A stretch of DNA of 64,000 bases from an uncultured Planctomycetaceae bacterium (GTDB taxonomy: Bacteria; Planctomycetota; Planctomycetia; Isosphaerales; Isosphaeraceae), in assembly GCA_963833985.1 (NCBI GenBank), contig CAWIAD010000001.1, positions 2,976,001 to 3,040,000 of the forward strand, given 5' to 3'. The notes under the pieces were generated by a model that did no database searches, was not told the DNA's origin, and worked only from the letters and a program-made list of their open reading frames with translations. Shown in pieces: positions 10,463 through 20,617 of this stretch. Positions within the stretch are counted from its first letter, which is position 1; the number at the start of each line of letters is the position of its first letter. The position numbers and the translations under genes are program-made.

Positions 10463-11296
10463 GATCGCTCTCCACGAGGGGATGGCCTGCTCCGAGAATT
10501 CTACTCGCTTGCTAATCCCCGGGGAAGGCGGGTCGCGGAGCGACGCGCCTTGCTAGACCAGCGCCTCGCGAGTTCTGCCCGGAGCGGGTGGCAAACCAGT
10601 CTTAAAGATATGCTGAACGCCCAGGCCTGCTCTCCAGAGATTCGAAGCCGAATGGGTCATGTAGGAACGCAGACTCTTGAAGCTCATGCCGCCGGCATGC
10701 CCGAAGATTTGTGCGAGCGCTGGGCCGATCAAGCGACCTGGGATGAAACGAGTGGGCGCTGCCGGACGTTTCCGACGGGAAAGGGGCCGGGCTCGTCGAC
10801 GGAATCGACGAGCCGAACTGCTGACCGGGAGCATCGGTCACCTCTCCCAGGTTGACGAACCACGCTGTCCCGAGCCATCGGGCTTGTTGCTCGCGGGAAG
10901 AGCGGCGATCACAGTAAGCACCATCGCATTGTGCCGAAATCGCTGGCGGGGGCGGCGCGGTAACGGTATGTCAGACAGGGGCCGTCAGTGGCAGGCAACG
11001 CCGACCTGGCTGATCCCCCGCACCGCCAGCGGCCTGAGATCCGATCGAGCGATCCTGAGATTCCCGGCCTTTACAACGTAAACTTACCATGACGGTGCAG
11101 TGTGCAGGCTCCTTGACAATTCGGTTGTTTGCCAGAACAACGGCGCCGCCGAGGCCCGGCGGTGCGCGGAGGTTCAGCCCTGGCCCAATCCCTCCGCGGC
11201 GTTCTGCCTGAGGGCGGAGTGAAAATAAGAACTTTGAGCGAAGCCAATGAAAAGCGGCATTAACTCGTTATCTCCAAATTGTTAAGGTCCGATGGC

Positions 11297-11556
11297 TTTG
11301 ATCGCGGGAGGGCGAAATCGAACCCAATTTGGCCGGGCAGCGAAGTGGTTGTCCGCTCGATGGAGGCGAGACAGCGGCGAGCGATGGCCGGAGCCACACC
11401 GGACTCCGGCACAGCAAGCGCCGGGTGCCCGGGGGAAAACGAAACACACGTGCGTGCATGTTCGACCGGGACTGACCGGGCCCGGCCTTCGCCGTAGGTT
11501 AACCGCGATGTCCGGGTTGCCCGGTCGGTCGAGTATCAGCCGCGGGATCGGCTTCT
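11297..11556. repeat. ~260-bp direct repeat, copy A
   Basis: Aligns by eye to 12739-12895 (GATCGCGGG..GCGAAATCGAACCCAA..GAGGCGAGACA..ACTCCGGCACA..GAAACA) plus 14625-14727. Confidence 0.85.
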
Positions 11557-11921
11557 TGTGTCCTTCTGCCGGTACATATGTCCTTCTGCCGGTGCCTGCC
11601 GGGAGACGCGCGGGGAAGAATACAGACTCCTGGCGACATCTCCCCAGCTGAGGCAATGATCGCAGCCACGATCGAGGTGCGCCTCGATGTCAACCATCCG
11701 TCGGTGCAGCGGCGCCGCGGCACTCGTTGGTCAGGACGCAACAAGTCTGCTCGCTTCGTTTATGATCGTCTTCTCACATCTTGCCGCGGCTGAAGAAGGA
11801 GTTCGGGTTGTAAGGGAAAAAGTCGAAGTAGAACGGGGGGACTCCTCTGGTTCTTCCTTCCTCCTCATAGAGCGGCAGGGTGAAACCCACGTATTGATCG
11901 CCGGTTCTTCGATCATCTGCC

Positions 11922-12305
11922 TCAGACCGACCAGTCCTCCAGCGCAAGCCCAGGAATTCGCGCGAAATCGCGGCGATTCCGGGTGAGCAAGGTGAGCTGG
12001 TTTGCCAGGGCAATCGCGCCAATCTTCAGGTCTTGCGTGGCGATACGAGGTAACGGTGTTGCTGGAAGAAGGACTCCGCCGCATTGTCGTAGAGGGGGAT
12101 GGGAAGGTGGGCAAAGAGCTGGATCGTCTCGGCGAGCATCGCATAGCGGCGAATGCGAGTGGTCATCGCTGGGGGAAAGCTGGGAGGGGGAGGATGAGGT
12201 TACGCCGACCGAGCCAGGAGGCTGCGACAGGAGGCGGTTCCCGAGAGCCGGCAGACCGTGCTGGAACAACGTCAGGTGATCGGAATCGAAGAGGAACCGG
12301 AGCAT
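11922..12305 (-). pseudogene. PIN-domain (VapC-like) toxin with scrambled middle
   Basis: FLFDSDHLT...RIATQDLKIGAIALANQLTLLTRNRRDFARIPGLALEDWSV; the central helix (RIRRYAMLAETIQLFAHLPIPLYD) is in another frame. Confidence 0.8.
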
Positions 12306-12328
12306 CCGCTCTCGTCCGGAGAGTCGCT

Positions 12329-12643
12329 TTACTGGCGGTCTATCTCGGTTCGAAACCGGCGAACTTCATCCACATAGTCGGCGAAATTGGGGTCTTCCCT
12401 GGCGTGACCGAACCATTTCATCAGGTGCGGTTTCGTCGGCATCTCGACCGCTCGAAGCTGGCCCGAATCGATGCACTCCTGAAGGATCGTCCGCAATTGC
12501 TCCACGGCCGCTTCGCGGCTCGTTGCGGTCGCACGATGGTCGGAAAGCCCCACGAGCTGGGCCGAGAAGAAGCCCTGTGGTTCGGGCCGAACCAGGATCA
12601 GACAAGAGCTTGGGGAGAGAACCATCGGGCTTTCCAGATTCAT
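12329..12643 (-). CDS. Putative antitoxin (HicB-like N-terminus) paired with PIN toxin
   Basis: ILVRPEPQGFFSAQLVGL..ATATSREAAVEQL; W.G...DPNFADYVDEVRRFR; directly upstream of PIN. Confidence 0.7.
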   Translation of the reverse strand: MNLESPMVLSPSSCLILVRPEPQGFFSAQLVGLSDHRATATSREAAVEQLRTILQECIDSGQLRAVEMPTKPHLMKWFGHAREDPNFADYVDEVRRFRTEIDRQ

Positions 12644-12738
12644 CTCAATTACTCCTCAGACTCCGTGATCACACCACATCGAGGCGATCGCTGTCTCCCA
12701 GGCATGGGATCTCCTCCACGGGAGTAAGGAACGGAACA

Positions 12739-12895
12739 TTCGATCGCGGGCCAGCGAAATCGAACCCAAACTGACCGGCAGGCGGGTAGGCGTCTTCCCG
12801 TGACGAGGCGAGACACCGGCGACCATGGCCGGGGCCGCGCTGCACTCCGGCACAACGAGCGACGGGTAATCGGGAGAGAATGAAACAGACGTGGG
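12739..12895. repeat. Direct repeat copy B, left part (interrupted by IS)
   Basis: Homologous to 11297-11453. Confidence 0.8.
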
Positions 12896-14618
12896 GGTGT
12901 AAGACACGGTTCGTTTTTCTGAGGTCCTACGCCGCTTTCCCAGTTTCCCTGGCTTGATAGTTGCGGAAGGGGCTGCTGGGCCTCTCTTCGAGGTACCGAC
13001 CAGGCGTCCGTCTCGGAGATGAACGACTTTCGAAGCGAAGCATCGTCTCGGACCGGCTTGCTCCAGAATTTCGCAGACCCTTGACTCGCCGGTTGAAGAC
13101 TTCACGCTCGACTCCACGTGACTGCTCGTCCAAGGCAATCACCCGCGTCGATAAGCAGGGTAGTCCATACACTCTCGATATGCTCCAGGTAGCCGAGTTC
13201 TTGGGCGATGATCTTGCGCGGGTCATCGTCGGCCAGCCGTTCGAGCTCGTCTCCGGATAAGGACGCCTGGGCATCTCGCAGGGTACGGAGTTCCTCAATC
13301 ACCTGGCCCACGCGTCCCTTAAGAAGGCATCACGCTCATGTCTGGAACAACTCTCAACGGCCGGCGGTTTCGATCGCGGGAGCCTTGGCGCCGCGAACAG
13401 GTGACCCAGGGCGTGGAGAAAATCAACGATGGCCAGAAAGGTCGGAAAATGCCGTTGCTGCAATTTCCAGATCCAGGCCGAGCCGTCCCCCAGGAACGCC
13501 CGATGAGCCGCTTTCATGAGATTGCGTCGCCACGCCTCCGCGGCCACCATCGGCCCGAATTGCTCGCTGGAGCAGGTGCTCGCCACGTAAGTCCGCACCA
13601 CCAGTCGGGCCTTACCCTTGGCTCGGACCGATCCCCGGCGGACGGCAGAGATGCTTCGTCGATGTTCTCCGCCGGGGCCTCCTGTAGGCCCATCGAGCTC
13701 GACCCGCTGATCCCACCGGCGAGCTTCCGACGGCTCCCGTCTCGGTAGCACGCCGGCACCACGGGCTCCGGGTCACTCCGAGACGAGAATGGCCATGGTG
13801 GCCAGAATCGCGATCTTGTCCTCACGCCAGGACGCATCATGGGCACCGGGCCCTTCCCCCTGGCCGCGAATCTGCAGCCGGCCGCCGTCAACCTCGACCA
13901 CTGCCAGAGCCGGCCGTGTCTCGACTCGCGGCTCGAGCTTATGGGCTTGAAGTTCGCTCACATGCTGATCTCTCTCGGCCTGCAATTGTTGGCCGACCTC
14001 CTGGGCGATGCGGCCGATCTGCCGACTGCCGATGGTCACCTCGGCCAATTCCGCCATCGCCTCGGCCGCCTCCCGGAAGGAGGGCTCCCGGGCACCGCAA
14101 CGGACGATCTTGCGCAGCACCGAAGGGCTGTAGTCATGTGGCGTGAGGCGCAAGGCCGGACGCTGAGGGAAAAAAATCCCGGCGACATGCCGGGCAGTGG
14201 CACTTCGGTTCGGCGTAGGTGACCTTGCCTCCCCAGAATTCAATGGTTCGATCGTTGCGTTGCACCGGACAGAGCCGCTTGCAGTTGGGACAAGGCTGCT
14301 CGGCCCCCAAGAGGGAGGCTTTCTGCTTCAGGAGTTCCTCGATGGTTCCCTTGGCCACGGCACAGGCCGCGGTCATGGCCATTTGTTCCATGTCGTCGGC
14401 ATCGAGGTCCAGGTCAGGCCCAACTTCTTCGTGGACCCGTCGCGCCACAGTTTTCCCCCACCCTTTGGCCATCTGCTCGACCCCGGTGCGATCCATCGAT
14501 GGTGACTTACGGAAAGGCATAGCAGGTCCCTCCTTGGACTTCCGGTGACGGACAATTTGGGAAACTTGACTTGACATGCTACCACCGGCCTCGGGCGGCG
14601 CGAAGCGTTTAAACACAG
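12896..14618 (-). mobile_element. ISKra4-like insertion sequence (~1.7 kb), transposase decayed
   Basis: Flanked by CGTGGG duplication (12890-12895, 14619-14624); removing it restores repeat B; weak terminal IR (GGTGTAAGACACGGTTCG vs CTGTGTTTAAACGCTTCG). Confidence 0.8.
12927..14520 (-). pseudogene. ISKra4-family DDE transposase, multiply frameshifted
   Basis: ATG 14520 with SD; CPNC..CPAC RRDFFP; VEVDGG, WREDK, FLGDGSAWIW, IVDFLHA, TSSHVES, FNRRVKG fragments in different frames. Confidence 0.8.
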
Positions 14619-14624
14619 CGTGGG

Positions 14625-14727
14625 TGCATATTCGACCGGGGTTGACCGGGCCTGGCCTTCGCCGTAAGTTAACCCGCGATGTCCGGGTTGCCCGGTCGGT
14701 CGAGTATCGGCCGCGGAATCGGCTTCT
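14625..14727. repeat. Direct repeat copy B, right part, containing a long imperfect hairpin
   Basis: About 8 differences from 11455-11556 by eye. Confidence 0.9.
14642..14670 (+). promoter_or_regulatory. Candidate sigma70-type promoter for the TPR gene
   Basis: TTGACC-N17-TAAGTT, ~120 bp upstream of ATG 14793; copy A has the weaker CTGACC-N17-TAGGTT. Confidence 0.45.
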
Positions 14728-14792
14728 CGAAGACATATCAAACTCGGTCCAGCGAAACGATCCGCCCACCCCAGGGAAGGGGGCGACTGGCC

Positions 14793-15677
14793 ATGCGGCG
14801 CGGGACCTTGATCCTCGTCAAGTGCCTGTCCTTCTGCCTGCTCGCCGCCAGCACCGGGTGCAACTGGGCCACCACGCGCCGGGGACGCAGCGAGAACCCG
14901 CCGACCGCCGAGCGGGCAGCAGCCGGGCAGCAGATCAGCGAACGGGCCCAGGCCGCCATCGACCGCGGCGAGCTGGAACCGGCCCGGATGGAACTGATGC
15001 AGCTCGTGGCTCTGATTCCGGGCTCGGCCGAGGCCCATCAGCGCCTGGGCAAGGTATTGCAGGTCCAGGGGCGGCTCGATGAGGCGGAGGCGTGCTTCCG
15101 CAAGGCGCTCCAGCTTGATCCCGACTACGTCGGAGCACTCATCGGGCTGGGCACAATCGAAGCCGCCCAGGGGAACGCGGCCTCAGCCCTGAAACGCTTC
15201 CAGACCGCCATCGAGATCGAGCCGAATGACGCCGAGGCCCACTTCGCCTGTGCCCAGCAGTTCGAATCCATGGGCCGCACCGACGAGGCCCTGGCCGCCT
15301 ATTTCCGGACGATCGAGTTCAACCCGCTGCACCCTGAAGTCAGCCAGCGCATCGGTGCCATCGAGCTGGCTCGCAACCAGCCGGACCAGGCGCTTGCCCG
15401 GCTCGACCAGGCCGTGGACCTGGCTCCGGAGAGCGGCGAGGTGCGCTTGCTGCGCGGCAGGGCGCACCTGATGCTGCGGCATCCCGCCCAGGCCGTTGCC
15501 GACTTGCGGTTCGCGGCCGCGGCGCTGCCGGATCGAGCCGACGTCTATTACGTCCTTGCTCTGGCGCTCGATGCCGCGCACCAGCCGGCCGATGCCTTGA
15601 AAGCCGCTGAGCAGGCCCTCCAGCTCTCGCCAGACTATGCCGGAGCCCGCGACCTGTCACGGCGTCTAAGGCGTTGA
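14793..15677 (+). CDS. TPR-repeat lipoprotein
   Basis: MRRGTLILVKCLSFCLLAASTG-C lipobox; repeated AEAH..LG..L...G...EA...F..AL..DP motifs. Confidence 0.85.
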   Translation: MRRGTLILVKCLSFCLLAASTGCNWATTRRGRSENPPTAERAAAGQQISERAQAAIDRGELEPARMELMQLVALIPGSAEAHQRLGKVLQVQGRLDEAEACFRKALQLDPDYVGALIGLGTIEAAQGNAASALKRFQTAIEIEPNDAEAHFACAQQFESMGRTDEALAAYFRTIEFNPLHPEVSQRIGAIELARNQPDQALARLDQAVDLAPESGEVRLLRGRAHLMLRHPAQAVADLRFAAAALPDRADVYYVLALALDAAHQPADALKAAEQALQLSPDYAGARDLSRRLRR

Positions 15678-15695
15678 GCGTCCATAGCGTAAGCA

Positions 15696-16568
15696 TCAGC
15701 CCCGGTCTTCCTCCGCAACCACGTTGTTGCGCAGGGTGCCCAGATGATCGATCTCGACCTCCACGACGTCGCCCGGCTTCAGCCAGACGGGCGGCTGGCG
15801 CGCCATGCCCACGCCGGGCGGCGTGCCGGTGAAGATCAGGTCGCCGGGCTCCAGGGTGACGATCTGCGAGAGATAGGCGATCAGCTCGTCCACACCGAAG
15901 ATGAGCTGGCTTGTGCTCGAGTCCTGCATGGTCTGGCCGTTGAGCCGCAGGCGTATGCCGAGCTTGTGCGGGTCGGGCACCTCATCAGGCGTGACAAGCT
16001 CCGGGCCGGTGGGAGCGAAGGTGTCGAAGGTCTTGCCGGCCATCCACTGCTTGGCTGGCTTGTGGAGCTGCCAGTCACGGGCCGAGACGTCGTGGCCGAC
16101 CGTGTATCCGCCCACGTGTTCCCAGGCCGATTCCCGGGTGATGTGCTTGCCGCCCCGACCGATGACGACGACCAGCTCGGCCTCGTAATCAACCTGCTGG
16201 CTCACGCGAGGCAGCACGATAGCCTGGAGATGCCCGATAAGCGTGCTGGGATACTTGCTGAAGAGCACCGGCTCCGGCGGCGCCGGGACGCCACTCTCGG
16301 CCGCGTGATCGCGATAGTTCAGCCCGATACAGACGATCTTCCGCGGATCGGGGATCGGCGCCAGCAGGCGGGCAGCAGCAGGGTCGTACGTCACCCCGCC
16401 GGCGCTCAGGGCCGACCATGCCTGGCGCTGGGCGTCCGGCGGCAAGCCCACGAGCTCTCTCAGAGTGCTCGGCCCGCCCGGGCTCGCTTCCTTCAGGTCG
16501 ACGTAACGGCCCGCTTTCACACCACAGGCTCTTGGACCGTGCTCGGTGGCAACCGTGACCCAGCGCAC
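15696..16568 (-). CDS. Fumarylacetoacetate hydrolase family protein
   Basis: KIVCIGLNYRDH, VDYEAEL, DVSARDWQ, GKTFDTFAP, FTGTPPGVG. Confidence 0.95.
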   Translation of the reverse strand: MRWVTVATEHGPRACGVKAGRYVDLKEASPGGPSTLRELVGLPPDAQRQAWSALSAGGVTYDPAAARLLAPIPDPRKIVCIGLNYRDHAAESGVPAPPEPVLFSKYPSTLIGHLQAIVLPRVSQQVDYEAELVVVIGRGGKHITRESAWEHVGGYTVGHDVSARDWQLHKPAKQWMAGKTFDTFAPTGPELVTPDEVPDPHKLGIRLRLNGQTMQDSSTSQLIFGVDELIAYLSQIVTLEPGDLIFTGTPPGVGMARQPPVWLKPGDVVEVEIDHLGTLRNNVVAEEDRG

Positions 16569-16849
16569 GAGGAATCTCCTTGTTCAGCAACTTGCATCTT
16601 CGCCGGGCGACTGTGCCGGACGGGGCTCATTGCAATGCTCTGGCTTTATGCTACCCCACGCTGCGCTCCGGGTCGATCACCTGCATCGTGTTAAACCGCC
16701 CGGGCAATGGGATGGCATGCTTTTGCCTGCCGAGTGCAACAAGGAACCCAGGGATCGCCTTCCCTACCACGACGGGCAGTGCGCCGGAACGCAAGAATCG
16801 CACGTGCCGGACGACGAACCGCAGTACTTTTCTGTGGACGTTCGCCGGT

Positions 16850-19800
16850 TCATTCGCCCTCTGCATCTGCGTCCTCGTCCGGGACGCTCGGGTCCGCGGC
16901 TGCGCCCGCCAGGCTCATCAGGTCGGCGTGGCACTCGCTCAGCAGCACGGGAGGAATCTCTCCCAGCGGCAGCTTGCGGCTCCGGGATCCAGGGGCCTTG
17001 CCAGTTGCGGCGGACTGGAAAGACAGGGACAGGCGGGTGGCGTTCTCCTTCTCGTCGAAGTCGGCGACGCGGATCTCGGCATGCAGATTCGCGGCAGGGA
17101 AATGCCTCAGGAAATGATCGCCGCCGTCCTCGACGCGGAATGCGACCGGGTCGTAGCCCAGGCCCCGGGCGCGACGGCTGAGCGGTACGAATGGCTGCGG
17201 CTGGGCCAGCGCGACGGGCCACTCTCTGGCCGACCGCGCGTCTTTGGGCAGCCGGAACGGAGCATGGCCGAACTGCGTGAGCAGGGGCTCGATCTCGAAG
17301 TCCGCCAGGTGAACGGCCCAGCGCGCGGCCGTCCTGTACGGGAGGTTCAGCCGGTGCGCTATCGTGACGCTGGCGGACGCGGCAGGCTCGACCAGGTTGT
17401 CATCCAGATCGGTCAGCGTACCGTCCTCCAGGGGGCGGAATGTCGATACCGTTCCCGCTTCATCCTTCCAGGTCCAGACCACGCGAGTGCAGAGCCGGCC
17501 GGCCACCGGATGGCCCAGGAGCGTCCGCTTCCAGTCGGCGAACGTCCAGGAGCGCTGGAGGCACATCGCTTCGTGCAGCCGCTCGACAACTCGCTTGCGA
17601 ATCGCCTTGACTCCTTCTTCACCGCACTGAGCCGGGTCTTCGCGGCCGCGGCCAGCTCGGGATTGTCGTTCTTGCCAGGCGCGGGGAGCTTCTCGATCGT
17701 GGTTCCCGACACGTCCCCGAGCACCAGCTCGGCATCGTCATCCAGCCGCGCGAAGAACTGCCGCGGGCCGAAATCGAGCATGAGCTTCCCCTCGGCGTCG
17801 AACCCGGCGTCGGGAAGTGATTGGTCGGCCAGGTCCGCCACGGTCATGTGCTTGCGCTCGGCCAGCTTGCGCACCTGGTCCTCCGCCTCCTGGCGAATGG
17901 TGGCGGTCCGAAAACGCTTCGCCACGTCCAGCAGGAAGGCCACAGCCTCGGCATGATCGATCCAGGCAAGCACCTGGACGAGTGCCCGGCACTGCGCGGC
18001 CCGGTAGCCGTACCACTGGTTGATGTACGAGCGAATCCGATCGACCACGCCGGCCGGCCCGCAGGCCGCAGCCAGCGCCAGGAACCCCTTGTCCTCGGGC
18101 CGTGTGGACATCGGCCAGTTGCGCTCGAACTCGACGGCCTGTGCCAGCTCGGGCCGCTTCTGGACAATTTCATCGATGCTCGCCGCACCGGTCCAGGTCA
18201 TGAACTGAAGCAACCGGCGTGTCAGTTCTTCCTGCGTCGGCGGCCGCAAGTCCTCGGCCAGCCAGGCCTCGAACACGCTCTCGCCGAGGCGCCGGGCGTC
18301 CTGCTCGTGAATCAGCTTCACCTGCTCGCGCAGGATGACCGTCGGCTCAGCCGACCTCGTTTTCCAGGCCGAGACCGCCAGCCACTGCACCACGTCGGGC
18401 GTGATCGGCGTGCCGTCACTGCCCCAGCGCACCGCGGGGAGGCGATCGAACGGGAACCACGAGCACTTGGCTGGAATGCCCTTCTTCAGGCCGGCGACAG
18501 CCTCCGCCTGGAGCGCCGCGCGGCCGCGCGGGTCGGCCTGCGCGGTCGAGGCAGCCGCCTGCGCCTCGCCAAGACTCTCCAGGGCGCTGGCCAGGGCGGC
18601 CTTCACTTCCGCTGTTTTCTCGACCTCGAGAGCCGCGCAGAGCGCCAGGATGGCACCCTCAGGCCGCGACCGCTTCAGCCAGCCAATCGCAGCGCTGCGC
18701 ATCTGCGCCTTGCCTCCCTTCAGGGCATCGAACAACCTCTTCCGCCAGTCCGGCAGCTTCTCCAGGCACTTGCACGCGAGATCGCGCTCCCCCTCCACGG
18801 CACCCAGCGCCAGGTCCCAGAGCCGGGGAACAAACCGGGCGGGAGGTTCCGGGAACGCCGTGAGGATCGCCAGGATCGTTTGCCTTCGCTGCGCCGGAGG
18901 CATCATCCCTGTGCCCCAGTGACGCGCGGCACGGGCCGGGGCCTCCAGGTGCCGTGCCAGCCAGTCCTGGCGGTCCGCGAAGTAAGACCAGGTGGACTCG
19001 TCATCCCAATCGAAGCGCCGGTACGAGGCGGGCATGAGCCGGGCGCCGGCGATGGTCTCAGGATCGAGCGCCGCTGCCTGGAACGCATCAGCCAGATCGC
19101 GCAGGCTGAGGCGCGGCTGATGCGAGTCGCGATACGCGGCCATCAGCCTCTCGAACGTCTGACGTGGTACGGAGTAGTCCAGATGACCCGCCAGCGCGGC
19201 ATGCGGGCTCGGCTGGAGCAGGCCCGCAAGCCGCAACAGCCGGACGGCGTGCAGCGGTGTCAGCTCGGGGCGGGCGAGCAGTAGCCTGAGGCCCTCCAGG
19301 TCCTGCTTCGCCGCTTTCTCCAGGACCCGGGGCGGATCCACGCTCCAGGGCTGGGGATCGGTGAGCAGGGCAAAAGCCTGCTGGATCTCATCACCGGTGA
19401 GGTGCCCGCCCCATGCGGCCAGCGCCGAACGGAAGCCCTCATCCAGGGCAACGTGCGCCAGCACGTCACCGCGAGTCTCCGTCCGTGGCGCTCCTGCGGA
19501 CTGCTGGCCAGCCTGGAGCATCAGCTCATCCAGGACCTTGCGGACGGAGGGGGTCTTCTCGGAGCCGGCACGCTCGCGCAGAAAGGCCTGTCCCTCGGCC
19601 AGCTCGAGCCGGCCGATCAGCCGCAGGGCATGCGCCCGCTCTTCCGGCTTGCCCGTCTCGGCGATCGCCCGGAGGGCGGGGAACGCGGCCGCGCCGGCCT
19701 GCCCCACCAGCAGGCTCGCGCCTTCGCGCACGCCTTTCGCCGACCCGGCCGCCAGCCCCGCGAGTTCATGCAGAAACGGGGCAACGGGAATCGCCAGCTT

Positions 19801-20484
19801 CTGAAACGTCTCGATTGCCAGGGAACGCACCAGGGCGGAGCTGTCGCACAGCGCGTTTCGGACCAGCCCGTGCCGCCTGGCAAGGCGCTCGCCGTAGCCG
19901 CCGAGACCGCCCAGCAGCGACATCGCGTTCATGGACACGCTATCATAAGATCTTGCAGGAAACGCGTGCTTGTAGAGCATCTCTGGGTCATGACCGTCGG
20001 CCTCGAGCAATCGCTCGACTGTTTCCGCCGGGAGCCTGTTCTTGTGGATCGGGAAGATGGCTCCCTTGTACTCCGTCCGGGCGCCCAGTCGAATGAGCAG
20101 CTCCAGCCAGGGGGGCGGCGAGAGCGGTTGCAAGGAAGCGATCATCTGGTGCACGACCGCGCCCTTTCCAGCAATGTGCACGAGGATCTTGCCCGGTCCG
20201 AGGGTCGCCGAGAAGACCTTCGCGAACCGCAGAAGGACCGGCGCGGGTAGCTCCGAAGCGCTATCCAGAAGCACATCCCAGGCCGGTACCGGCGTCTGCC
20301 GGCTGGATGGCGGCAGGCCGCCGTAAGAGAGGTCGATCCCCAGCAGAAGGGCCGCGTTCGGGGCACTTCCCAGCAACACCAGGGCGGCCTCATCCGTGCC
20401 GTCGACCACGAAACTCAACAGCCGATCCGGCAGTGCCAGGTCAATGGCTTCCACCGGCCGAAATCCTTCCGCCAGGGCTGCCAT
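16850..20484 (-). CDS. DUF4132 domain protein with HEAT-like repeats (MolR/YehI-like); apparent frameshift near 17610
   Basis: LAERKHMTVADLADQSLPDAGFDAEG.MMLDFGPRQF, RLHEAMC..RSW...W...L.GHP...L..R.VW, HRLNL..W..HLADFEIEPLLTQF, IPPVLLSE..DL. Confidence 0.8.
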
Positions 20485-20617
20485 GTGGGAACTGGGAAGC
20501 GCGCACGAGTGTTCGAGAATTGCCAAGGTGAGCCAGCCTTTCTGCCCGGGGGTCCCCGGCGATCCAGATTCGGTTCGGATCGGCGCCCGCCAGTAGCCTA
20601 GCACGCGGCGTCCAGGC

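Noticed and set aside
10470..11290. Short ORFs and a GCTCGTCGA-CGGAA-TCGACGAGC hairpin (~10791-10813)
   Set aside because: No recognisable protein motif or RNA family; the hairpin lacks a U tract; left as unexplained accessory DNA
13369..13382. TTCGATCGCGGG matching the start of the 260-bp repeat
   Set aside because: Only ~12 bp with no extension; likely chance
9330..14727. Integron cassette array
   Set aside because: No intI and no convincing attC core sites; the hairpin repeat occurs only twice and is part of a longer duplication
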